A stretch of DNA of 64,000 nt from NCBI GenBank assembly GCA_000004985.1, contig GG738861.1; one strand, written 5' to 3'. A model generated the notes under the pieces. That model did not search any database and had not been told where the DNA came from. It was given only the letters and a program-made list of their open reading frames with translations. Shown here piece after piece: positions 46,008-56,969 of this stretch; positions within the stretch are counted from its first letter, which is position 1; each line of letters opens with the position of its first letter. Position numbers and translations under genes: made by a program. The stretch comes from Naegleria gruberi (Eukaryota).

Positions 46008-48755
46008 GATGACATCACGGGGGATCAGCAAATTGTCATCCTCATCATCGTGCTCTTTCCTTTTATTTGTATTGCTATTATCATTGGCATTACTCTTAAT
46101 TAATTGTCATGCTGTTATCGGAGGTGAGTAAAATTATCATCATTATCATATCTTTACCAAATCTAAATATTGTACATTATCAATGACACAATACAATTTC
46201 ATCATCATAATCTTCTAATAGCCACTTACAAATTCCAGAGTGAATTGAAACAAATTGAAAACGGCAAAATTGTTGGTTTAGCTCAAGTGGAATATTCCTT
46301 TGAGAAATCACAACTTTTAATCAAGACTTCCTATTCATCAGAAGAAGAAGATATCGATGAAGAAGAAGCAGATAATTTATTGAAATATCAACTAGTACAT
46401 TCCAATTCATTATATTTAAATTATACCAAGTCGTTGATTGGTATTGAGGAAACCAATGATGAACCATTGAAGAATTATACACTTCCGATTGTAATTGAAT
46501 TGGGAAATTCAATTGATGGTTCAATAATAGTTGTAAATAATACGAATTATTATGTGAAAATTCCAGATTTGTTCAAGGGAAAATATGCTTTGCAAATTGT
46601 GAATCATTCTCGTGGTGGTGTTGCTTTTGGAATTTTACAAAATACTTGTGGATCTTTATCTCCAATTCAGGATTATTCAATTACTAGTTGGAAATTGTGG
46701 TTTGTTTTGGTAACTGTTTTGGGAATGTTGATTGGTTTGATTTTTGACTTGTACAGACCTTATTTTGTAATTTTTATGGCTCTTGTTTTCTTTTTATTGA
46801 GTGGAGTTTTGACATTGAAGGAGGCATTGAATGGGTTCTCAAATGATGGATTGTTGGCTATTGCATTTCTCTTCCCAGTTGTCCAACCTCTTTCTACCAA
46901 TCCAATTTTGTTGAAATTGTCAAGTATCATGTTTGGAAAACCTTGGCTTACTCCAAGATTATCCTATTTGAGAATGTTTCTCCCAATTGCCATCTTGTCC
47001 TCAATTTTGAACAATACTCCAATTGTTGTCTTGTTTTTACCAATTATTAAGGATTGGTGCAGAGCTAATGGGTTATCTCCTTCCAAGTTTTTAATTCCAT
47101 TGAGTTATTTCACTGTTGCTGGTGGTTTGTGTACATTGATTGGTACTAGTACTAATCTGGTGGTTTCAGGATTGATGGTCAATTATGGATATAGATCCTT
47201 CTCATTCTTTGAATTTATTTATATTGGTGGAATTTTACTCGTGGCTACCTTTATTTACATGATGACATTCGGATATAGTTTATTACCTAATAAGAAGGGT
47301 GGTTTATTCAAGTATGCAACTGAGAGGGCTGAAAATTTCCTTTCCCAATTGACTGTTACGGATCCACAATCTCCTCTCTTGAGAAAGAACAAGACTAAAT
47401 TATTGGAACATTTACATTTACCTAAATTGGAAATTATTGAAGTGATTCGTCCACAAGGTCGTTTTGAAGAAAGCGCCGAATCTTTGGATGATAACATGAC
47501 GGAAAAGATTGTTCCAGTTCCAGATGATTATATTGTTCAGTTGGGAGATAAGATTTTCTTCAAGGGAAGTCCAAAGGATATTATGGCCTTGCACTCAGTT
47601 ACTGGACTTTCTGATAAATTTAAGGATACTAGTATTTTCAAAGTGATTGGTACTGAAGAATTGAGAAAATCTTTGGATGAAACTACAGTCAATTTGGATC
47701 AAAATGAAGTCACTGAGGAAAATGCTCAAGAAGAAGGATCTCAACCGCAAGCAGGTGAAAATTCCCTCACTAGATTCCCAGTTCCAAAGAGTCAATTGAA
47801 ACAAGCTTTAGGTCAAGAAGAATCAGAGCCATCCAATGATCCAGAATATTTTGAAATTGTTGTAGGAACCAGTAATCCATGTTGTGGACAGACCTACAGT
47901 GAATTCTCTCAATTCTATCAAGTTGCATTATTCGCAGTGAGACATCGTGAGTCAATTATCAAATCAACCACTGATGCCAGTGACTTTTCTGAACTCAAAG
48001 TTCAAGTTGGTGATACAGTTCTCGTTTTATGCAAGGCAGATTTCTATGAGAAACATAGAGAAAGTCTCGAATTTTTCAGCATTTCTAGATGTAGTGTCAA
48101 TCCAAAAATCGATCACAGACCATTCATTGTGAAATTTAGAGGAAGAGAGTTTAACTTGTGGTGGTGGGAATATTTAATCTTTCCAATCTTTATGGCCATG
48201 ATTATTGGAGCTAGTGCTGGAATTCCAATGGTCATTTGTGCAATGGTTGCATTTGGATTGATGGTCATTTTGAAATTGCTCTCACCAACCAAAGCTATAG
48301 CCTCTGTCGATTGGGAATTAATCATTCTGGTAGCATGTTCTTTAGGTGTTGGTACTGGTATTAGAAATTCAGGCATTTCTGAAGCATTTTCTGAACTCAT
48401 CAATGCCATGAATATTCCGGATATTATTTTGCCAGCCATCATGTTCTTCATTACTCAAACCATCACTCAGGTCATTACCAATAACAGTGCAGCAGCCACA
48501 ACTCTCCCACTCGCTCTAGCATTGGCTCAATCAAGAAATTTAAACTCTCAAATGTTTGGAATTATTGTTGCTGTTGCCTCCTCCAGTGAATTTGCAACTC
48601 CAATCGGATATCAATGCAATTTAATTATTCAAGGACCTGGTGGATATGGATTTTTGGATTATGTAAAGGTGGGTCTTCCTCTCAATATGATTTACTTTGT
48701 GCTGTGTAGTGTGTTTATTCCATTAATTTGGGGATTGAGAGAACCAAACTTTTAA
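46008..48755 (+). CDS. Ion-transporter-superfamily permease (SLC13/DASS-like two-half fold) with two central TrkA_C (RCK_C)-like domains, a signal peptide and an N-terminal luminal domain; 2 exons
   Basis: Exon 1 (46008..46113) is MTSRGISKLSSSSSCSFLLFVLLLSLALLLINCHAVIG. A GTGAGT...ATAG intron spans 46114..46221. Exon 2 (46222..48755) has TM blocks flanking a soluble ~300-aa insert. The ORF-track start at 46170 lies inside the intron. Confidence 0.55.
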
Positions 48756-48813
48756 TAAATCCTTAAATAATATCGTTAACAAGTTTGAAATTTAATTAAA
48801 TCTCATATTCTCT

Positions 48814-50001
48814 TTAAGGTTGAAAACAATCGAAAAATCGTTTCTTTCTCTGCAATGCTTCACATCCATATTCCTCATAATCCGCCATAGCAACAGCCAT
48901 TTCTGCGAAGGACTCAAGGGAACCAGCAATACTTCCTCCAATCCATGATGAGTAACGTCTCTCAGGAGCTGCCACCACACTTAATCTCAATGATTTTGGT
49001 ATTAATTGTGCCAAATCATGTCTAATTCTGTCTGCCAGTCCAGGAAGGAGCGAAACTCCTCCCGAAATGATAATATTATTGTAGAGACCGTAGCGAGTGT
49101 CAATGTTTGATGCTTGCATGCTGTCTTGAATAATATCAACAATTCCTGGATATTCAGAATTAATTATTTGAGGATTGAAGAGAATTTCATTACATGTGAA
49201 ATGTTCATGAGATAGATTTAACACTTGACCATCAGGTAGCTCATACTGTTGATGTCCTTCACTAGACATTCGACTATTTTCATATTCTCTATCATAATCC
49301 TCTGCAACACGACCAATTTTCCTAATCATTTGATCCACAATTGACCTATTCCCTTCCAAACAAATTCCATGATTTTCACTCAACATTTTAATCATGTAAT
49401 CTGTAACATTGGCTCCTCCAAAATTAATCCTCCTCGTTGTATTATTATCTACAAATCCCCAATAACATGGCACTATCTGAATCACACCCTCTCCCAAGCA
49501 TAAACTCAGTGCCGTCGTTGTTCCACATGCATAGACAGACATGAGAGGTTGTGGAGAGCAGGCAAACGATCCAAATCCATACTTTTCAAAGAATAATTGC
49601 ATTAAATGATTCTTCTGTGAGGAGGGTTGTAAAATTGAATCAATGAATAGTATTGATCTCGATTCATTGTCTGAAATTTCACATTCAGAATTTTGAGTAT
49701 TTTTTGAGAGAATTTCTTGAAAGGTATAATCAAGTAAAATTTCCATCAAATCCCAATTTTTAATAATTCCATTTCGGATGGGATAGTTTAGATTGAGAAT
49801 TCCTTCTCGTTTAATTGCCTGATCACCAATATAACCTGATTTCATAGTGCAATCACTAATCATGATGGGTGAATATTTAGGTGTTCCGATACAGGAAGGA
49901 AAGACACAGCTGGGTGCATCTTCTCCTGCTATGCCTGCATAGAATGTGCTTGAACCGCAATCTAAAACGAATACTTCTGGCCACTCATCACTGAATGACA
50001 T
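48814..50001 (-). CDS. Divergent actin-related / actin-like protein (395 aa)
   Basis: The actin fold is recognisable (VLDCGSSTFYAGIAGEDAPSCVFPSCIG, LPDGQV, ISGG, SSWIGGSI) but it has insertions and is only ~30% identical to actin. Confidence 0.7.
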   Translation of the reverse strand: MSFSDEWPEVFVLDCGSSTFYAGIAGEDAPSCVFPSCIGTPKYSPIMISDCTMKSGYIGDQAIKREGILNLNYPIRNGIIKNWDLMEILLDYTFQEILSKNTQNSECEISDNESRSILFIDSILQPSSQKNHLMQLFFEKYGFGSFACSPQPLMSVYACGTTTALSLCLGEGVIQIVPCYWGFVDNNTTRRINFGGANVTDYMIKMLSENHGICLEGNRSIVDQMIRKIGRVAEDYDREYENSRMSSEGHQQYELPDGQVLNLSHEHFTCNEILFNPQIINSEYPGIVDIIQDSMQASNIDTRYGLYNNIIISGGVSLLPGLADRIRHDLAQLIPKSLRLSVVAAPERRYSSWIGGSIAGSLESFAEMAVAMADYEEYGCEALQRKKRFFDCFQP

Positions 50002-50093
50002 TTTTTTTAAATTATTCTCTTATTGGAGAGATTACAAAAAAGGTATTACAAAATCAAAATATCAATGTGAATAGTTGTGTTGTTAAAATATAT

Positions 50094-51242
50094 TTACAAT
50101 TTTTGATACAAGACTACTTGAACTAATTCCTTTCCATCATTGGCATTGGAAATTTCAATAACCTTAATTAAAGATGAATAGGAATTGAGCCACAACTTGA
50201 CCTTTTCAGTGAGTGAAAGTAAAGAGCTAATTTTTTGACTCTTTGAAGTATATGGAACTGTGAATGCCTTTGAAGCAAAGAAACCAGATGGAAGACTATT
50301 GACGTATTGATAATCGGAATAGGCAGTAATGCTCAATCTAACACCCAATTTACCGACATGTTCTCTCAATTGTTGATCCTTGAATAAATCGAATGAATAC
50401 ATTGGTTGTTGTTGTTGTTCGGTGCCTGTCTTTAAAAAGTCAGCCAAAGTAAAACATGGTGAATAAGCAATAGCAGTCTTTTGGACATCCAAAAGGTTAA
50501 CCTTGGTCTTTTTCACAATAACATAAATAAAAAAGTTGTGCAATGATTTTTGTGGATCAGAATTGACAAGAGCTTCAATTCTCTCAGTGAAGGTGGATAC
50601 CTTATCTAAGGCAGTAATGTGAACCTTCAAGTCAGGTCTATAAGTGGCACTTCCTCCAATTTCATTCTTGTTAATCTTTTGAGAAATATTTGGAATTGTC
50701 TTGTGTTGGATGATCATTTCAAAAGTAATTCTTGAACTGACTTGACCCAATGCAGTTGGATGAACCAATTGGCAATCCAAAAATCCAGAATCAATAGTAT
50801 ATTCATATAAAGTTTGAGGATTTTCAATATTGCCAATTGGATTATACTTTGGTTGGAGATAGGTATTATTTCTAGTGGTTGAATTTGTGGTTGGTGTGGA
50901 GGAAATGGACATGCTATTTACAAGACTACTCAATGAATCATTAACCGTCTCGATAATACCACGGGATGGTGGTGCCTGATTGTTAGTATTATTATTATTA
51001 TCATTGGTCATAATGGTTGATTCAACTAATGGTTGTTGTTGAGAAGGGGATGATCCGACGACAACTGGTGGTAATTGTTGTTGTTGATACATTGGTTGTT
51101 GTGGCTGTTGTTGGTTATATACAGATCCACTCATGGTAGTATCAATGGATGAATACATCAGACCATTACTTTGATCATGATCATCCAACTTGACGTAGTG
51201 TTCAGTGCTTTGTGGAGGCAAGTTATTATTGTTATTGGACAT
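50094..51242 (-). CDS. Hypothetical protein with a poly-N/Q N-terminus and a conserved-looking ~250-aa C-terminal domain
   Basis: ATG-started 382-aa ORF. The low-complexity N/Q tracts are typical of dictyostelid proteins. Confidence 0.5.
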   Translation of the reverse strand: MSNNNNNLPPQSTEHYVKLDDHDQSNGLMYSSIDTTMSGSVYNQQQPQQPMYQQQQLPPVVVGSSPSQQQPLVESTIMTNDNNNNTNNQAPPSRGIIETVNDSLSSLVNSMSISSTPTTNSTTRNNTYLQPKYNPIGNIENPQTLYEYTIDSGFLDCQLVHPTALGQVSSRITFEMIIQHKTIPNISQKINKNEIGGSATYRPDLKVHITALDKVSTFTERIEALVNSDPQKSLHNFFIYVIVKKTKVNLLDVQKTAIAYSPCFTLADFLKTGTEQQQQPMYSFDLFKDQQLREHVGKLGVRLSITAYSDYQYVNSLPSGFFASKAFTVPYTSKSQKISSLLSLTEKVKLWLNSYSSLIKVIEISNANDGKELVQVVLYQKL

Positions 51243-52233
51243 TGAGCGGGAAAGATTTTGAGATATTTTTTAAGAGTTTTGATTTTGAATAGAGATTGGA
51301 AAAGGCTCAAAATAAAGTTTGCTTGAATTTGAAGGGAATTGGAAAGAAGATAAGGATGGAAGGTTTTGTTAAGTGAAAAGGAAGAGGAATCCAAAATGAT
51401 GATAATTGCAAATATGGATTAAGGGTGTTTGACACGTGTAAATTACATATTTTAATATTTCTTAATGATGATGATGAACATTATTGAATTTTTGTGAAAC
51501 TTTCTGATGAATTAAAATTCCTTCAAGCGTATGTATGGACAATGTATTAGAATACCACATCTCTGTAATGTGATTGGAATTGTACAATGAAACAATCAAT
51601 CTATGGAATATTCCAAACCCTACCCAGAATCCTTAATCGTCATACTGTTATTCTAACTGTATTCAGTTTATATAACTACTGGATAGGAAGACTTAATCCT
51701 AACAAACTCAAAGACCTTTATATCTCTCAATGAGCGTGCAACTTGACGATATTGATGGATGTAAAAATCGATTGATAATCAAAAATACTACAGAAATTTC
51801 CTAACTGTGTGCATTCTCACCTGTTGAAAGAGATAAAACAGTGACCTCTGCTTTATATAATTGTTATAAACATCTGTGCCGATCAATCTCTCTTGATGAT
51901 TTTAAGGATAATTCACAGGATTGATGTATAGCAGCACAATATTAGCAGAGTTTACAAAAGTATTAGTGTGAAAGGAATATTCTCCATAGCCACTGTTGTT
52001 GATAATTTCTTCAAATAGTGGTTTTTTGGCCAAAATAAAACATCTTTATATTCTTCTCAAATTATAGATTCATCCAAAAAAGTCAAAAAGACGAAAACGC
52101 GATTTTATTTGGTATCCAAAACTCATTTTTAGGCAATTTTATACTGTACTATATTTGAAAGACTCGCTATGCACTTTGTGTTCTCTCTCCAAACACATAC
52201 AAAGGCTACCCATGAAAAAAAAGCCTAAACATC

Positions 52234-53748
52234 ATGTTGGCGGCAAATTATCAAAACAACAATAGCAAGCTGAACATTTCGAAGGCTTCGTTTTCGTCTT
52301 GTGAACCAAACAAGGAAGAAGTAAGCAGCATGCTTGAACAACAACAGCAACAACAACAATCATTGAATGATTCATTGGGTGTTCTCTTGTTTCATTCCTC
52401 ATCATCAACAGCACCTCCTCCTCATACAAACAATAATTCTTCTTCACCATCCACTCCAACAAGGAGACAACCATCTGCAAGAAAACAACAACAAATTACT
52501 GAATATGAAGATGACATTGTATTCGGAAAGGCTTTGGAAGTGTTGGATCTCAAACAAGGAGTTAACAAGTCAATTGTATCATCTGCTTCTGGTTCTGTTC
52601 ATTCACCTTTTAGTGTTGTTCAACAACAACAACAGAATAAGGAATGTTTTGGAGTAAATACAAGTTCTCAATTGAATGGTGGTGGTGATCCATCAAGGAG
52701 GGCAGAGTTTAATTCACCACTTCCTTCACTCTCTCCAAAGCCATTTACTAAATTAACGAGTCAGCTCTCTTCGTCATCATCCAATTCGTCATCTTCGAAT
52801 GGATCAGAAGAGACGTTATCTTCCAATTCGAATGAGGATGGAAACTGTCTGTATGGCAGTCCAAAGAAACCAAAGACACCCACCAAAAAGACATTTGCAA
52901 CCTATGATGGTTATTTGACATCTCAATCTTTCAATTCTTGCAATTCTTCAATGAATTCAATTAGTACGGGTGGTAGCAGAATTTATGATCCATCAACTTC
53001 ACCATCCATTGTTGAAAGGAGAAGGAGTAGAACACTTGCCTCGTGTGATGCCTATCAAAAGACAATAGATGACTATCTCCATATTCAATGTATTGAGAAT
53101 TATATTCCAACCATTACTAATAATTCAACGAAATGTATACAGGTCACTTTGAAAATTGATTCCTACATTAAGGGATTCGAGAGTGAGGTACTGACTGATT
53201 GTCATCCATTAGAGCACGAATGTGTTTCTCCAACATTAAGCAAGACAAAGAAGAAGGAAAAGCCACAATTTGCGAGTGTGGTTGTTTACAAAAAGAATTG
53301 TAAAAATAAGAAACATTTAGAAACAATGTTCAAGACTATGATTCTTCCACCCAACTCTACCATCAATCTTACTCCAAACAGTTGTCAAGATACAATGTCT
53401 TTGACTGACGACTGTCATAGCCCAGACTGTGTAAAGAATGTAAAAAAGCACTATAGTTACGAGATTATATCCAAAGGATTTGTCAAGGGAAATTCGAGCC
53501 CTTCCCAATCAGATTTATTTATTCCATCACCATCTAGCAATACATACGAACAAGCAGATGGCATGATGACTAGTAGCTCTTCAGAGAGCTCGTCCACCTC
53601 CTCACCAACACAATCATTCTTTGGCAGTAGCCATTCCCTGAATAGAAACCTCTCTGTAAATGAAGAAACAAGACAATGCACCACACCACCTCCAGGTTGG
53701 AATCTAGAAAGATTGAAATTCCTGTCAATAGCAGACCACGTCGATTGA
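52234..53748 (+). CDS. Ser/Gln-rich low-complexity protein; possibly the N-terminal part of a single gene with the overlapping 53676..54782 ORF
   Basis: The ATG at 52234 is real. A 504-aa ORF overlaps the next ORF by 73 nt in a different frame. Confidence 0.45.
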   Translation: MLAANYQNNNSKLNISKASFSSCEPNKEEVSSMLEQQQQQQQSLNDSLGVLLFHSSSSTAPPPHTNNNSSSPSTPTRRQPSARKQQQITEYEDDIVFGKALEVLDLKQGVNKSIVSSASGSVHSPFSVVQQQQQNKECFGVNTSSQLNGGGDPSRRAEFNSPLPSLSPKPFTKLTSQLSSSSSNSSSSNGSEETLSSNSNEDGNCLYGSPKKPKTPTKKTFATYDGYLTSQSFNSCNSSMNSISTGGSRIYDPSTSPSIVERRRSRTLASCDAYQKTIDDYLHIQCIENYIPTITNNSTKCIQVTLKIDSYIKGFESEVLTDCHPLEHECVSPTLSKTKKKEKPQFASVVVYKKNCKNKKHLETMFKTMILPPNSTINLTPNSCQDTMSLTDDCHSPDCVKNVKKHYSYEIISKGFVKGNSSPSQSDLFIPSPSSNTYEQADGMMTSSSSESSSTSSPTQSFFGSSHSLNRNLSVNEETRQCTTPPPGWNLERLKFLSIADHVD

Positions 53749-54782
53749 CCATTGGAAGTGTTCATTATGCTGGAGAGCCTTACATACCACCTGTCATTCA
53801 TCAAATTATTCTCACCATGAAGCAACGAAGAAATATCAGAGACTTGATTAATATCATTGATAACAATATTAGAAATGATTCATTCTCAATAGAAGGTGAT
53901 TGGAGACAACGATTGGATTTTCTAATCTATTCTCCAGACTCCTTCGTGTTGATTAGAGATCAAGAATTTTTACACATGATTGGAGAAGAATTTGTTGGTT
54001 TTAGCTGTTTCACTTATGCTGCCAAGAAGAGAAGAATTGACATTCTGAAAATGCTCTGTAAGGCACAACCAAGCAAGGTATATGAAAATATTCTCCTTGA
54101 TATTGAGCAATTAGAAAAGATTATAGAACTGAAAGACAATGATGTGATTAAAATCTTGATCACTGCCCTCCAGTTCCACATTGAAAATGAAAGAAATCAA
54201 AATCTCAAATTGGAAGAAGAGGGTCAAAAGAAGAAGAAACCATCCCTTTCAATCTTATTGAAAAGACCACATCACCACCACGAAGATGATGGTATTGAAA
54301 CTGAGGCATTCATTAGAAAATATGTTGCCAGAAATTTCATTTTCATTGACAATTTGAACGCAGTGAAGGTTATTTTGGAAATGAATTTAGTCACAGTCCA
54401 AATGGCAGCAAAAATTGCTGCAACCATGTCCAAGGTTAACACTTTAAGATTCCTTCTCTCTAGAGAATACATCAAGCCATGTGATTACTTTGAGGGAGGT
54501 AATGTACTCCACTGGAGCGTTCTCAATAGAGCTTCAGATGTCATACAACTAGTTTGTGGAATGAGAGCTACCAAGAAGGGCCACCGTGTTAATGTGAAAC
54601 GAGGTAGCTCCAGTCGACTTCAACCATTCAATGGCATGACAGCATTCGAAATTGCCAAGACAGTCTATGATCAAAACAAATTGTCGGATGAGGAAAAACT
54701 GATTTATGAACATTTACAACCAACCAAAGCAGAGCTTATTAAGGGTGTTGTAGAAATTGTTGTACATAAAGTTATTCATTAA
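53676..54782 (+). CDS. Ankyrin-repeat-like protein (368 aa)
   Basis: ANK-like segments are present (GFSCFTYAAKKRRIDILKMLC and GNVLHWSVLNRASDVIQLVCGM). Real ATG at 53676. Confidence 0.5.
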   Translation: MHHTTSRLESRKIEIPVNSRPRRLTIGSVHYAGEPYIPPVIHQIILTMKQRRNIRDLINIIDNNIRNDSFSIEGDWRQRLDFLIYSPDSFVLIRDQEFLHMIGEEFVGFSCFTYAAKKRRIDILKMLCKAQPSKVYENILLDIEQLEKIIELKDNDVIKILITALQFHIENERNQNLKLEEEGQKKKKPSLSILLKRPHHHHEDDGIETEAFIRKYVARNFIFIDNLNAVKVILEMNLVTVQMAAKIAATMSKVNTLRFLLSREYIKPCDYFEGGNVLHWSVLNRASDVIQLVCGMRATKKGHRVNVKRGSSSRLQPFNGMTAFEIAKTVYDQNKLSDEEKLIYEHLQPTKAELIKGVVEIVVHKVIH

Positions 54783-55251
54783 TTTATTGTCAATTTAACT
54801 CCAACATGTCCATATTCGCAATTCAAAATTCAAATGAGGTGAATGTGAGCCAAATTGGGGTAACAATTAATATTCATCTTTTTTGATCATTACTTAACTA
54901 TATTTGTACATAATAACCTGGGTTTAGAACTATGAGAATTGCGGAAGAGGTCCTCTTCATTGCTTGTACGATTATGTACAGTAATTGAGTTTGGGTACTG
55001 TCTTGTCCTTAATTAATTGATAAATTTTGCAAACAAATAAAATCGAATTCCAATTCTATTCTGGGTAGCCAAACTCACGCTGCATTACCCCAACTCTAAT
55101 ACTAATTGGTTTAAAAAAAATTAAAAATGACCCATTCTCAAAAAGAATTGGGATTAGAGGTAGTAATATTTGGATGGAAGATAGTAATTAATGTCTGGTT
55201 TTAGTGATAATCAAACAAAATGTAAAAGGAGGCTAAGAAAAGTAACTGGTT

Positions 55252-56663
55252 TGCGTCGACCGGGAATTGAAATTTCCTTTTTTGGAATTCATTTAACTTT
55301 TAATTTTATGATGAAATTATGAATTATTTATTTTAATATTATTCATGATGTGAAACATCATGTTGAATTCTGTTCATTATTTTTAATTCATGATGTGAAA
55401 CATCATGTTGAATTATTAACAAATGTTGTTCTTCAATTTTTCATTGAATGTTGTTCTTTCAATGAATGTTGGAATAAGTGTCCAGTATATGATAGAATTG
55501 TTAATACAAGTAAGTTTTCTATTATTTTATATTTATTAATTGACTCACGGGTAATGGAATTTCCTTTTTTGTAAATCATCATGATTGATGATGATTGATG
55601 ATGATTAAATAATAATAATTTATTATTTTATAGATGATGGTACAATTAGATTTGTTAGTACATATCCTAATTGTATTTTAAAGAAAGAAAATTCACCAAC
55701 TAAAATTGAAGATATTATTCGTGAATATGAAGATGTAAAAGTTGTTTTAAATGAATTAGGTAAATCAACAACAAAAATTTATTCATCAGATACAACAAAA
55801 CATATGAATTTCCTAAAAGTTTTATTTATTTATGTAATGGTAATATTAAATATGATCAATCATTAAATATATCACAAGGAATTTATACAATTAAAATTCA
55901 AGATGATGAACATGATCACAAATATTATTATTTATTCGGAAGAGGTTTATTATTTCTATCAATTACATTACAAATGATTCCAACATTTAGTTTAAACAAG
56001 TATTATTATGAAATTGTATTGAATGATTTAAGTAACACATATTTTGATAAGAATGAAATTATTCAATATAAAATTGAAATTTTGCCATCAAATATTATTC
56101 AACAATATTCTAAACGAAAGTTTCTTGTTAGAAAAGATAGTCAAAAGAACTCAAGATTTATTACATATCAACCTGACGCTCAATCACCATCAAAGAAAAC
56201 AAAGAAGAATAACATTATTGAAAGTGATATTGAAGATTTCGATTGCAATATTAAAGATATTGATGATTGGGTATAGGGAAACGGAATTTCCTAATTGGGA
56301 ATGTCATCACACAATAAATTAAATTTATTATTTATTCATTGATGTTCACAAACTGTGAATTAACACATTACATGATGAAACAATTCAAACATTTACTCAA
56401 ACTTTAAACATTAACCATCGGGTAACGGATTTTAATACATGTACTAGTATGTTTATTAATTGGTCGACGCACATAAATTTAAATAAACAAAATTAACAAG
56501 ATTTTAAACAAAATCCTACATAGAGTTGGAGAACGGGAAATGAAATTCCCAAATTGAAATTGAGAAACAACTATTCATTTCACAATAATTCATACTATCA
56601 AAATGAATTGAACCCGGGTCACGGCGATGGCAACGCCGTATTCTACCACTAAACCATCGACGC
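55252..56663 (-). tRNA. tRNA-Gly(GCC) gene split by a 1334-bp insertion in the T-loop
   Basis: The 5' part at 56663..56606 reads GCGTCGA TG GTTT AGTGGTAG AATA C GGCG TTGCCAT CGCCG TGAC CCGGG TTCAATT. The 3' part at 55271..55252 reads TTCAATT CCCGG TCGACGC A. T-stem and acceptor are perfectly complementary, and TTCAATT is present at both junctions. Confidence 0.8.
55272..56605 (-). mobile_element. 1334-bp insertion in the tRNA-Gly T-loop, probably composite. Contains AT-rich ORFs and several internal 'GGAAAT + tRNA 3'-end-like' junction motifs
   Basis: It starts CATTTTGATAGTATGAATTATTGTGAAATGAATAGTTG..., similar to the Asp insert start, and ends ...CCAAAAAAGGAAAT next to the duplicated TTCAATT. 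There are no terminal inverted repeats. It carries a 100-aa ORF (55974..56276) and palindromic tcatgatgtgaaacatcatg direct repeats at 55343 and 55389. Confidence 0.55.
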
Positions 56664-56969
56664 TTCTTGTTAAGATATTAAGGTTCCTTAATTTAATATA
56701 AGGAATATCCAAAATGCTTAAAGTACAACACAACAAGAATTGAGTATTCGTTTGAACATGCTGTAAAATATTTCAAATTATGCTAAGATCATTTGATGTA
56801 TTTAATGCCATAGGGCATTGAGAGCCATCATTTGAAGATTCAAATAGTATGTTCTTGATTTTATCTGATAAAGCACAAGAATAACATTTCATCCACTAAA
56901 TTTTATAAATGTTGACTGTGTTACATAATAGTATTTAATTATTATTGAAATGAGGATAACAATAAATTA

